Source: a virus
Virus record (IMG/VR): IMGVR_UViG_3300032006_002011
Location: 13,604-77,603 of that record
Direction: 5' to 3' (one strand)
DNA: 64,000 bases
Part shown: positions 50,768 to 59,733 of the stretch, piece after piece
Layout of the letters: each line of letters starts with the position of its first letter
Numbering within the stretch: the stretch's first letter is position 1
Made by a program: the position numbers and the translations under genes
Notes under the pieces: generated by a model
Seen by the model: the letters and a program-made list of their open reading frames with translations, nothing else
Told to the model about the DNA's origin: nothing
The model's database searches: none

Positions 50768-52324
50768 TTACCAAATGGGGGTGGTTATGGAACAAGTTCC
50801 ATCCATAATATACCCCAGACTCTCTAGTGCTTGATTTAACCCACGTTGAAATGCGTCCCATAGATAATCAATAACTTTCTTAATTACATTTTCGTAAAAC
50901 CCCAAGATAAGTGATTCAATCTTTTCATAAGAACTTTTAACCCATGTCGACGTAGAATCAAATCCACTTTTTATGGTGTCCCAAATTTTTCCTTCACGCA
51001 AAACACCCAACTCAGTTTCAAGTTTAGAATATTCTTCTGTAATTGTAGTTTCAACAAACGAATTAACTGACTCTGCGGCCAGTCCAAACTTAATGAATTT
51101 TCTGCGACCACTTCCTTTGAAACTAATGTCAACATTGTTACATAGGTTTCCATTTCCCTGTGACCACTTATACAAATCGTGAACTTTCTTTACACCATTT
51201 GCATCAAATACCAATATCTTGTTTGCAACTGCGGTATTGTCACCGAAATAATTTCCACCCTTGGATGCTTTACCAGTAAACTTACCAAGACCACTTGCAG
51301 CTTCATATACAATCCATTTTTTTAGTTCTGCATTGTTTTGGATAATCTGCCGAATGCGACTTTTCCAAGTATCTGCTTTCAATGCCACATCAATCAAATC
51401 CATGATCTGAGTTCGCAGTGCTTCCTTAGTTAAGAGTTCAGATGGTACGTTTGCTTTTTCAAGATAATCTTTTGCAATGGTAACATCCCCAATTTTCATG
51501 TCCGAAGAAATATAAGCTGCTCGCATTTTTGAAATATCTTTTTGGGTAAGAGGTTTAACACCCTTGATATAATCACCCTCCAACTTGGGAGCATCTGCGT
51601 TGGATATTGCATTATTCACGGCGAGTTCCGCACGGATGTGTCTTTTTATTTCATCGTCAGTCGCATCTTTTGCCTTTGCCTTAACTTCATCGTATCGTCC
51701 ACTATCGGCAATTACCCAATCACGGAAATCTTTTTTACCTTTTCCGACTTCCACATTAATGTCATTTCTGATTGCCTTGGACATTTCGTTTTGAAATATA
51801 TCGAACAACTCTTTCAGTTCGGAATCGGAAACTAACTTTCCACCACTTGCTTCCAAATGCTTAACTGCAAACTCAAATACACCCATTGCTTCACCAGAAG
51901 TTCCACTAACAAGTTGAGATCCCTTTGCAGAACTACTTGCTTGCTTTACCGATAATCTATTTCGGTTGTTTCCGACCAAATCTGCTTTCGATGCTTCTTT
52001 CTTTCCGTTTTTATAGTGCGTGGACGCAGATGTCTTTCCAGACCACACCAAGGTGCTTCCTATGTTCTTAAGTCCTGTGGCAACTTTCTTACCTGCATTA
52101 TATACTGATTTGTTTGCCTTAATCTTTTTCCAAGTTGCTTTGTCTACACCTGCCGACTTAAGAGCATCTGCCTCACTTTTACCTTGTCTGATGTTATATG
52201 CAACGCAAATAGCAACTTCCGCATCCGATGCGTTGGTGGTAGCAGCTTCACTTAACAAAGTCTTCAATTCGGAAGGAACTTCGTGCAAATCTATCTCCGA
52301 CAAATAATGTTGGACAACATCCAT
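50768..52324 (-). CDS. Putative virion-packaged protein with a restriction-endonuclease-like core (paralogue 2)
   Basis: DAEVAIC...KADL-x7-LSVKQ...GSQL, YEAASGLGKF; same upstream element as paralogue 1. Confidence 0.5.
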   Translation of the reverse strand: MDVVQHYLSEIDLHEVPSELKTLLSEAATTNASDAEVAICVAYNIRQGKSEADALKSAGVDKATWKKIKANKSVYNAGKKVATGLKNIGSTLVWSGKTSASTHYKNGKKEASKADLVGNNRNRLSVKQASSSAKGSQLVSGTSGEAMGVFEFAVKHLEASGGKLVSDSELKELFDIFQNEMSKAIRNDINVEVGKGKKDFRDWVIADSGRYDEVKAKAKDATDDEIKRHIRAELAVNNAISNADAPKLEGDYIKGVKPLTQKDISKMRAAYISSDMKIGDVTIAKDYLEKANVPSELLTKEALRTQIMDLIDVALKADTWKSRIRQIIQNNAELKKWIVYEAASGLGKFTGKASKGGNYFGDNTAVANKILVFDANGVKKVHDLYKWSQGNGNLCNNVDISFKGSGRRKFIKFGLAAESVNSFVETTITEEYSKLETELGVLREGKIWDTIKSGFDSTSTWVKSSYEKIESLILGFYENVIKKVIDYLWDAFQRGLNQALESLGYIMDGTCSITTPIW

Positions 52325-52351
52325 ACACAATAAATATATATCAATATAAGA

Positions 52352-53905
52352 TTATTGTATCAATTCGGGGTGGTCGGTAAATACTCCGTTTACACCCCGC
52401 TCCCGCAACCATCTGATCTGCTCCAACTTATTTACGGTGAAAACAAAAAGTTTCATTTTGTTTTTGTTACAAAATTCTATAATTTCCTCGGTGACACTTT
52501 CTAAGGGAAGGTTCAGAGAATACAAATTGTAATTGAAGTAATGAGACTTTAAACTTTTGATTTCATCCAGAGTACTATATGTTTCATGCAACAGATAAGA
52601 AACATTTATATCAGAACGCATTCTTCTTGCTCCATTCATGGTCGCATGACTAAAAGACGATAGCACTATATCACGATTTAACCATTCGTGTTTATCTTTA
52701 TATTTCTCTACGACATTAACTACATTTGAACATATGGTGGAATCCTTTATTTCGATATTCACATGAACTCTACCATTTATGAAATCAAGAACTTGTTCCA
52801 GTGTGGGAATTTTTTCACAGTTGGAATATGTTAATTCGGCTGCCTCACTCTCCGTTAAGTCCGACATTTTCTTATCAATTCCAAACATTCTTTTCGCAGA
52901 ACTATCGTGGAAAACTCTAATTTTGTTACCAATCCACTGAACATCAAGTTCAATCATGTCACACCCAACTTCAATTGCCTTTTCAAACGAAGCAAACGTA
53001 TTTTCTGTACACGTCCCACTTGCTCCTCTGTGGGCAATATTTACAAACTTATTCCGATGGACTTCTGTTAAAAACTTGGATATTTTGAAAAACACACCAC
53101 ACTCAAATCCCTTGTCAACGATGGTTAAGTGTGTGTTCAACTTTGTTTTTTGAAATCTTTTTAAAGTTGAACCCAGTTTCTTGAACGCCTTTACTCCACT
53201 CCCGTAAAACACAGTTGGATCATTATATTCCTGTATTACAAACGTGGGACACAATACATCTTGTAAAGCGGCCTGTGATATCTTTGATATCTTTCTTAAC
53301 TCATTGGTTGCGGATAGATTCACAAGGGGTTGATTCAACTCAGGTGCTTCACTGTTATTGGTAATTGATTCCAACATAAACTTTTGTAAATTGAATTTTT
53401 CGCACAACTTGTTGTATACCATTACACCGGGAAGAAGTTTATTAAAAACATTTTTAACTCCGAACACACCGTTGATAATAACCAACCCATTTGGTTTTAT
53501 GCTTTTTAATGTCGAAACATACGCACATACACACCCACCAAGAGAAAACCCCACCATATAAACCTCATCACAATGTTCTTTTAATTTTTTATATTTTACT
53601 TTGACATCGGATACCCAGTCGTTCCATGTTACATTGGTGATGTTTTCTTCGTCATAACCATGACCCGACAACTGAACTAAACTAGTTTCCCATCCCAATG
53701 TTTCGTATATATAATCACTCAGAGGAATCATCTGTTCGTGTCTTGACAGAAATCCATGACACAAAAGAACCCCAACCTTGTTGGTTTGGGGTTCAAAATG
53801 TTTTACTGCGTTGCTTATTTCAAGTTGTGCGGTCACGCACATATTGTTCCAGTTACAAGTTTCTGGATATGCACAGGTTTCTTTTACGCAGTTTACATTT
53901 GCCAT
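52352..53905 (-). CDS. Alpha/beta-hydrolase (lipase/esterase) fused to glycerophosphodiester phosphodiesterase
   Basis: HGF, GHG, GFSLGG, DPTV, H; then IAHRGASG..ENT, IELDV, HD, NIEIK, FTVN, GVFTDHP. Confidence 0.85.
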   Translation of the reverse strand: MANVNCVKETCAYPETCNWNNMCVTAQLEISNAVKHFEPQTNKVGVLLCHGFLSRHEQMIPLSDYIYETLGWETSLVQLSGHGYDEENITNVTWNDWVSDVKVKYKKLKEHCDEVYMVGFSLGGCVCAYVSTLKSIKPNGLVIINGVFGVKNVFNKLLPGVMVYNKLCEKFNLQKFMLESITNNSEAPELNQPLVNLSATNELRKISKISQAALQDVLCPTFVIQEYNDPTVFYGSGVKAFKKLGSTLKRFQKTKLNTHLTIVDKGFECGVFFKISKFLTEVHRNKFVNIAHRGASGTCTENTFASFEKAIEVGCDMIELDVQWIGNKIRVFHDSSAKRMFGIDKKMSDLTESEAAELTYSNCEKIPTLEQVLDFINGRVHVNIEIKDSTICSNVVNVVEKYKDKHEWLNRDIVLSSFSHATMNGARRMRSDINVSYLLHETYSTLDEIKSLKSHYFNYNLYSLNLPLESVTEEIIEFCNKNKMKLFVFTVNKLEQIRWLRERGVNGVFTDHPELIQ

Positions 53906-53938
53906 CCCAAAAATAAATATTGAAATGACTTATCTTTT

Positions 53939-54268
53939 TTAATCCCAATTACCTTGAGCAGGAAAACCATCTTGCCAGTTTTCGTTCAAGTGACTATCTT
54001 TTTGCTCAATGTACTCTTCGTACATTTGTTCTTGACGATACTTGGTCAGCTTGTCATTCATTCGTTTCCCCATCCACAATGCTTCCAATGCAAGTTCACG
54101 AATTGCACCCAAGTTATATGCATCATCTTGTGCAGATTGATAAATCAATCGGACAACATTACAGACCGTTCTTTTTTCGTCCATTGCACATGGAAGAATA
54201 TCTTCTAGTGCAAGGTCCCTATCCTTGTTTGTAAAAGGTTTTCCCTTGAATTCTTTTTTATCACCCAT
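53939..54268 (-). CDS. Hypothetical protein
   Basis: 109-aa ORF with ATATTTAT upstream. Confidence 0.7.
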   Translation of the reverse strand: MGDKKEFKGKPFTNKDRDLALEDILPCAMDEKRTVCNVVRLIYQSAQDDAYNLGAIRELALEALWMGKRMNDKLTKYRQEQMYEEYIEQKDSHLNENWQDGFPAQGNWD

Positions 54269-54307
54269 AACATCTATAAATATTATAATAAGTGACTTTT
54301 CTTCAAG

Positions 54308-54388
54308 TTAATTTGAGAAAACCGAAACCGTTCCGTATAAAATAGAAACCACCAAAATAGACCCACCGACTGCAATTAGTAAACTCAC
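54308..54388 (-). CDS. Putative 26-aa hydrophobic peptide
   Basis: GTG overlaps the upstream TGA (GTGA); MSLLIAVGGSILVVSILYGTVSVFSN. Confidence 0.4.
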   Translation of the reverse strand: MSLLIAVGGSILVVSILYGTVSVFSN

Positions 54389-54690
54389 ACCTCTACTTCA
54401 ATTTTAACTGGTGGTTGGGTCAGTCCATCAACGGGTTTGTCACCCACTCTACCAGTCTTTATCATACCCGCCGATACTTTTCTCTTTGACTTCCTTTTTG
54501 CCTTCTTTGGTTTTACTTCTTCTGAAGATTCCTTTACAGACTCTTCCTCGTCCCACGGAGATGATACCACTCGGATACCCTTCTCGTCCCATGTAATTTG
54601 GGGAGCCAAGTCCCAAAGGTCGTTGCGGAAGTTTTCCACATATAAATCCCACACACTCTTATCCCCTATGTTGTCATAGTTTGTTGCCAT
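54385..54690 (-). CDS. Hypothetical protein
   Basis: 101-aa ORF. Confidence 0.65.
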   Translation of the reverse strand: MATNYDNIGDKSVWDLYVENFRNDLWDLAPQITWDEKGIRVVSSPWDEEESVKESSEEVKPKKAKRKSKRKVSAGMIKTGRVGDKPVDGLTQPPVKIEVEV

Positions 54691-54717
54691 ATCGTAACTT
54701 TCTTTTTTGATGGACTA

Positions 54718-55860
54718 TTATCTTCCGGCGAAGTCATCCATCTTGAACTTCGTCTTAAATGCTTTATTGATGGCATCAAGAAACTTTTGATCTTGAGGAG
54801 CAGTAACCTCACCCCAATCTAAATCACCATCCCATGTTTCAAAAGAACCATCACGCAACATGGCAACCGACATAAGAGTTCCGTTGTCTACCATAAAAGC
54901 GGCTCCATACTTTTCCATAGGAATCATTTTGCTTTTCTTTGCCTCTTCAATTGGTTCTTCGGTTGATTCGTTCTTTTGTGCCTTTTTAAGTGCCTTCTCT
55001 AAAGTCTTTAAGTCATCCTTTGCTTGTTTGTGGTGCATTGCCCTCATGGAAATTAAACTTGGTTTTCTTGATTTCTGAAGTTTCTTTTCCCACCAACTAA
55101 CATCGTTCTTCTTTTGGGCAATCCGGTCTTGCAAGTCAACTATGTTATCAGGAATGTTTATACCTGCCTTTTCTGTTAATCTTTCCATATATCCTCGTAG
55201 AAGTTCTCTGAGTTTTGTTTCTTGTTCGACAAACACCTTACCACTATATCTATCAGACTTCAATTTATATTTCCTCACTATACTTGATATAACCGGAGCA
55301 GACGCATCAAAATGTTTGTTTGTTTCCTTAAAGAATGCAACAAGTGCTTCCTTACCTTTTAAATCTAAATTCTTTTTAAGTGCAGTCTTTATCTCATCTC
55401 CACCCTTGATTACTTGTAAACTAACTGGGTTGGCATTTGAACCTGTGTTCTTTTTAATTCTGTCCAACAAACCGATAACTGTACTTCCTATTGCAACGAT
55501 CAGGGTTTTCATTTCAAGGTCTTCAAGGTTCGGAGGAAGAATGCGAGTATTAAACTTTGCTTCCATAACTGCTTTTTTCAGAATTTCTTCTTCCATAGAA
55601 TACATCTTATATGCTTTCCATGTTTCAAATCGACCGGCCGGCTTACCATTTACTTCTCCTGCCGTTACCCATGTAAATCTCATTGTGTTTTCTTCAGGGT
55701 CAAGATCAGCATATTTCTTCTGGGCATCCTTGAGGTTTTTGAATACCTCAACCCCACCACCGTCTCCCGTGATTCTTCCATTCTTTACACCAACCACTTG
55801 AACGGGCATATTGGGTTTATACCCTCTCCACTCTTCACAAATAATATTTTCGGACTTCAT
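54718..55860 (-). CDS. Hypothetical multidomain protein, possible internal head protein
   Basis: ATG 55860 after TATATTTAT; linkers ending in hydrophobic-x-E (VME, LTE, IEE). Confidence 0.6.
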   Translation of the reverse strand: MKSENIICEEWRGYKPNMPVQVVGVKNGRITGDGGGVEVFKNLKDAQKKYADLDPEENTMRFTWVTAGEVNGKPAGRFETWKAYKMYSMEEEILKKAVMEAKFNTRILPPNLEDLEMKTLIVAIGSTVIGLLDRIKKNTGSNANPVSLQVIKGGDEIKTALKKNLDLKGKEALVAFFKETNKHFDASAPVISSIVRKYKLKSDRYSGKVFVEQETKLRELLRGYMERLTEKAGINIPDNIVDLQDRIAQKKNDVSWWEKKLQKSRKPSLISMRAMHHKQAKDDLKTLEKALKKAQKNESTEEPIEEAKKSKMIPMEKYGAAFMVDNGTLMSVAMLRDGSFETWDGDLDWGEVTAPQDQKFLDAINKAFKTKFKMDDFAGR

Positions 55861-55902
55861 GGTAAATAAATATATATCAAAACTCAATTTCTATAAAAAA
55901 AC

Positions 55903-56088
55903 TTATGGTTTATAATATACACTTGCAGTCACCATCAATTGTTTTCCCTCGTAAGACTCGGTTGTAACGTTTCTTCCACTTGAACTTGCAATGATTTTTG
56001 TTTTGCCACTGGAGGAGTCTTTTGGTTCTTTTTCTATGGGCAAACGAATGATAACTTCATTGGTTTCTTTGTCTATTTCTACTTTCAT
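55903..56088 (-). CDS. Small hypothetical protein
   Basis: 61 aa, SSSGKTKIIASSSG. Confidence 0.65.
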   Translation of the reverse strand: MKVEIDKETNEVIIRLPIEKEPKDSSSGKTKIIASSSGRNVTTESYEGKQLMVTASVYYKP

Positions 56089-56107
56089 AATAATGTTCCG
56101 TTAAAAT

Positions 56108-56183
56108 TGGTGGAGCTGAACGGGATCGAACCGATGACCTTCTGAATGCAAATCAGATGCTCTTCCAGCTGAGCTACAGCCCC
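56108..56183 (-). tRNA. tRNA-Ala(TGC)
   Basis: Cloverleaf, G3:U70, encoded CCA. Confidence 0.95.
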
Positions 56184-56254
56184 AATTAAAAATATACGTA
56201 TATATACTCATTAAATATACATATACATTTATATAAAAAATGATAAAAGGTGAA

Positions 56255-56986
56255 TTAACCTTTTTGTCGGTTGCCGATTGCATTACCATAAGACCTACCC
56301 ATTGCAAGTAGTGTTTTGATGTCTAGTGGTATATAAAGTGCTGACAACTTTAATGGTGGGTTGGCAAGCATTGCCTGCCCATACCGATGGTGACCGTCTA
56401 ATATATAACCCTCTTGTGAGGAAATTACAGATGCTTTTGTGAGAGGAGAACCATTTTGAGGAACACCCCATTCAATAATATTACCCACCAACTTTTCCAA
56501 CCAAATTTGACTTTGGGTGGGTTTTAAATTCTTTGCAGGAAACTTTGTCCACTTTCCTTTGATAACATCATCTTTATTGTCTCCGTCCTTCGTTCCCAAC
56601 GTAACCCACTCCTTACCTTGCTTTTTGTCTAAATCTTTTGGGAATCTTTTACTAAAGTTATCAATCTTATATGGCCTAAAAATATCAATCTTACCAAGCG
56701 CAAGTTGTTTTGTAAATTTTTTCATATCAGTCGGTTCAATCACCGGCATATCAATTCTTGGTATGTCAAGTGCTGAGTTACACGCAGCCTGCAAGTTCAT
56801 ATAGTTTTTATCGAACTCGGGAATCACTTCATCCAAATTCTTTCCTGCGTTGTTAAATTCACTCTCTGCATAGTCCCTTGCTTTACCAAGGTCGAGACTG
56901 GCCACATTATATTTGAACCCACCTTCTTCAGAGAGAAGTTCGGAGATACAAGTCTGAATTAATTCTTTTAGTTTTGTAGTTTCCAT
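56255..56986 (-). CDS. ParB/Srx-like nuclease-domain protein
   Basis: LKPTQSQI...YILDGHHRY; N-terminal KLKELIQTCISELLSE leader. Confidence 0.75.
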   Translation of the reverse strand: METTKLKELIQTCISELLSEEGGFKYNVASLDLGKARDYAESEFNNAGKNLDEVIPEFDKNYMNLQAACNSALDIPRIDMPVIEPTDMKKFTKQLALGKIDIFRPYKIDNFSKRFPKDLDKKQGKEWVTLGTKDGDNKDDVIKGKWTKFPAKNLKPTQSQIWLEKLVGNIIEWGVPQNGSPLTKASVISSQEGYILDGHHRYGQAMLANPPLKLSALYIPLDIKTLLAMGRSYGNAIGNRQKG

Positions 56987-57020
56987 GTGAATATATAAAT
57001 ATAAACATATAAGAAAAAAG

Positions 57021-57109
57021 TGGCGGAGAGGACAGGATTCGAACCTGCGGTTGCATTACACAACACAACATTTCCAATGTTGCACATTAAACCACTCTGT
57101 CACCTCTCC
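57021..57109 (-). tRNA. tRNA-Ser(GGA)
   Basis: Long variable arm, CAACA-TTGGAAA-TGTTG anticodon arm, CCA. Confidence 0.95.
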
Positions 57110-57112
57110 CCC

Positions 57113-57189
<77 letters not shown>

Positions 57190-57193
57190 ACGT

Positions 57194-57270
57194 TGGCGGG
57201 ATAGACGGGACTTGAACCCGCAACCTCCGGCGTGACAGGCCGGCACTCTAACCAGTTGAGCTACTACCCC
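57194..57270 (-). tRNA. tRNA-Asp(GTC)
   Basis: Cloverleaf, CCA. Confidence 0.95.
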
Positions 57271-57279
57271 AAAAAAAGA

Positions 57280-57341
57280 CGGGTTGGGTGGGACTCGTTC
57301 CACCGCATAAATGTTTAGGAACTATCAAACACACCCAACCC
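57280..57341 (-). ncRNA. Structured, partly tRNA-like small RNA inside the tRNA array
   Basis: 10-bp terminal inverted repeat GGGTTGGGTG/CACCCAACCC, inner hairpin, T-loop-like GG-AACGAGT-CC. Confidence 0.4.
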
Positions 57342-57363
57342 TATTGTTATCCGGGAACAAAAG

Positions 57364-57440
57364 TGGCCTCCTCACGGAGATTCGAACTCCGGTTGCATGG
57401 ATGAAAACCATGTGTCCTAACCTGACTAGACGATGAGGAG
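57364..57440 (-). tRNA. tRNA-Glu(TTC)
   Basis: Cloverleaf, CCA. Confidence 0.95.
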
Positions 57441-57455
57441 AAAAGATTGAAGATT

Positions 57456-57533
57456 TGGGGAGATTGACGAGACTTGAACTCGCAATCCTCGATACCACAA
57501 ACCGATGCTTTAACCAATTAAGCTACAATCTCC
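57456..57533 (-). tRNA. tRNA-His(GTG)
   Basis: Cloverleaf with encoded G-1:C73, CCA. Confidence 0.95.
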
Positions 57534-57546
57534 ATAAAATAAAAAA

Positions 57547-57624
57547 TGGTCGGGATAGCAGGATTCGAACCTGCGACCCTTCGCTCCCAAAGCGAATGCG
57601 CTAGCCAGACTGCGCTATATCCCG
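57547..57624 (-). tRNA. tRNA-Pro(TGG)
   Basis: Cloverleaf, C1:G72, CCA. Confidence 0.95.
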
Positions 57625-57655
57625 AATAAATACATACATATATAAATATATTATA

Positions 57656-57732
<77 letters not shown>

Positions 57733-57737
57733 AAAAA

Positions 57738-57813
57738 TGGAGCCGTCTATCGGGATCGAACCGATGACATCCTCATTACAAGTGAGGTGCTCTACCAGCT
57801 GAGCTAAGACGGC
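57738..57813 (-). tRNA. tRNA-Thr(TGT)
   Basis: Cloverleaf, CCA. Confidence 0.95.
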
Positions 57814-57825
57814 AATAAAATGTTT

Positions 57826-57900
57826 TGGAGCATCGGACAGGATTCGAACCTGCATTATAGGGATTTGCAGTCCCTTGCGTCACCATTCCGCCACCGATGC
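57826..57900 (-). tRNA. tRNA-Cys(GCA)
   Basis: Cloverleaf, U73, CCA. Confidence 0.95.
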
Positions 57901-58002
57901 GTGAAAGAAACGTTTTGCCCCTCTCATTAAATATGGTTTGGACACCCCTTATTGGACGTTATGCCTATGTTCCCCTACATAGGAAGAATTAATTGTGACA
58001 TC

Positions 58003-58031
58003 ACTATACTTGTTATTATAAGAAATGTCAA
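58003..58031 (-). promoter_or_regulatory. Sigma70-type promoter of the tRNA array
   Basis: TTGACA-N17-TATAGT. Confidence 0.75.
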
Positions 58032-58034
58032 CAA

Positions 58035-58643
58035 CTAAAAAGAAGAATTTTTAAATAGATATGGTTTCCATTCTTCTCGTATCGTACTCCCAACCTCGTA
58101 AAATGGTTTTGGTGGACTTGCCTTTAGAACATTCCCCTTGTAGTCGTAATACGGAAAAATACTCCCCTTTCTGGAATTACACTTTACACAAGTCAGTGTC
58201 AGATTAAAATAATCGTTGTCACCCCCTTTGCTTTTCGGTTTGATATGTTCAATGGTCAGTTTACCTTGAGGAAAGTGGTTTCCGCATATCTGGCACTTCC
58301 CCCCATATTTCTTGTACAAATATTTTAAGGAAGGTTTTCGTTTGGTATTGTATGTGAAGTTTGCAGTTGTCAGCAAAATAGTTGGAACGGGTATAACATG
58401 ATTCACCGAACGCACAAATGGTTGTTCGGCATAAAATCCATGTTTGTATTCAATCCACGTGTCCCAATCACAAGTAGTTCCGTCACTTGCTACGGCCATT
58501 ACCTTGGGTCTGGTTTTGTGGTATCGTTCTTTAGCACCCATCAACTTTTTCAGACCTTCCTTAACCGACGTGACATTCAAAGGAGTCCAATAGTGGGTTA
58601 GCAGAAGAACAAGATTCTCCGAGGTGCTTACATATTGATACAT
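58035..58643 (-). CDS. HNH endonuclease (McrA-like)
   Basis: CQICG...TIEHIKPKSKGG...NLTLTCVKCNSRKG. Confidence 0.9.
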   Translation of the reverse strand: MYQYVSTSENLVLLLTHYWTPLNVTSVKEGLKKLMGAKERYHKTRPKVMAVASDGTTCDWDTWIEYKHGFYAEQPFVRSVNHVIPVPTILLTTANFTYNTKRKPSLKYLYKKYGGKCQICGNHFPQGKLTIEHIKPKSKGGDNDYFNLTLTCVKCNSRKGSIFPYYDYKGNVLKASPPKPFYEVGSTIREEWKPYLFKNSSF

Positions 58644-58742
58644 GGATTTAATATAAAGGATAATTCAGAATAGGACAACAGAAAAATACCGATTGACAAA
58701 TCAGTAATAAATGTGTTTACTTAATATAAATATAAAATAAAC

Positions 58743-59162
58743 ATGAACGAGGACGAATTCAATATCTATGGTTTGTTGGCAGTTTTAGAACTTCTAAGAA
58801 ACTCACAAAAATTTCTTGACGCATACATTGAAAAGTATAAAGATAACGAAACAGATGCGATGAGTTATTCAGTTGACCCACATTGCAAATGTAGGGATAA
58901 TTTAATAAATCACTATAATTCGAATTCAAAAGATGTTAATGACTTTACCCGAAACTTTATCACCAACAACTCAACTGAACTTGATTGGGTCGATTTCGTT
59001 CGGAGAAACCAAACAACCCCCGTTGCAGGAAAAATCGTCACAATCCCCAAAAACCCCGAAGACTACGCAACCCTTGTTCAACAAATGCATAACGAGCGTT
59101 GGGTGTTTAGACATATGAATGTTGCGGTGGACGGAGATTCTTACGTCTTTTTCTTTGCATAA
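58743..59162 (+). CDS. Hypothetical protein
   Basis: 139-aa ORF. Confidence 0.7.
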   Translation: MNEDEFNIYGLLAVLELLRNSQKFLDAYIEKYKDNETDAMSYSVDPHCKCRDNLINHYNSNSKDVNDFTRNFITNNSTELDWVDFVRRNQTTPVAGKIVTIPKNPEDYATLVQQMHNERWVFRHMNVAVDGDSYVFFFA

Positions 59163-59169
59163 TATTTTC

Positions 59170-59198
59170 TTGCAAAAAACAAAGAAATCATATATTAT
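59170..59198 (+). promoter_or_regulatory. Sigma70-type promoter
   Basis: TTGCAA-N17-TATTAT. Confidence 0.5.
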
Positions 59199-59240
59199 AT
59201 ATTATATAATTTAACAATAACAAAAGAAAGGTTATATCTA

Positions 59241-59429
59241 ATGGCTACATCACAAGAACTATATGAACAAATCAAGGCTCTGTACGAGTCGTTTGATGAA
59301 AATCATACTCAAAACGCAAATACTGGAACTAAAGCATCTGGTACACGGGCCCGCAAGGCTATCGGTGAACTCAAGAAGTTGGCCACCGAATACAGAAAGG
59401 CATCTGTGGCAGAATCAAAGAGCAGTTAA
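59241..59429 (+). CDS. Hc1-family histone H1-like nucleoid protein (short form)
   Basis: GTKASGTRARKAIGELKKLATEYRKAS matches the Hc1 G.KAA.TRARK...FRK.S pattern; AGAAAGG RBS. Confidence 0.75.
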   Translation: MATSQELYEQIKALYESFDENHTQNANTGTKASGTRARKAIGELKKLATEYRKASVAESKSS

Positions 59430-59472
59430 ATCTCTTTGATTTTATTAAACTATAAATTTATTTTTAAGAAAA

Positions 59473-59730
59473 ATGACAGATACAGATAATATTAAAAAGG
59501 AAATCCGAGTAGAGACTGAGATTCGTCCCAAGAAGAAAAAGTTAGTGGTCAATTGGCCAAGTGGAAAGTTCAGTATTGCTGACTTAGAAAGAACCCACCC
59601 CGCCGCCGTACCTATTACCCTTCGGTTTAGAGTAAAGAAAGCACTTGAAAACGGTACCATCAAGTCCGTTGGAAAGATTGAAGGTGAAATCGGCAGACCC
59701 ACTTTGTTGTTTGAAAAGACATCGGTGTAA
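59473..59730 (+). CDS. Small winged-helix-like DNA-binding protein
   Basis: FSIADLE...TLRFRVKKALENGTI...GRPTLLF. Confidence 0.55.
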   Translation: MTDTDNIKKEIRVETEIRPKKKKLVVNWPSGKFSIADLERTHPAAVPITLRFRVKKALENGTIKSVGKIEGEIGRPTLLFEKTSV

Positions 59731-59733
59731 TTT

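Noticed and set aside
57901-58000. Hairpin CCTATGT/ACATAGG in the tRNA-array leader as an ncRNA
   Set aside because: A single short hairpin; insufficient evidence
58035-58643. HNH gene as a mobile intron or homing element
   Set aside because: Free-standing McrA-like HNH; no interrupted gene or intron structure seen
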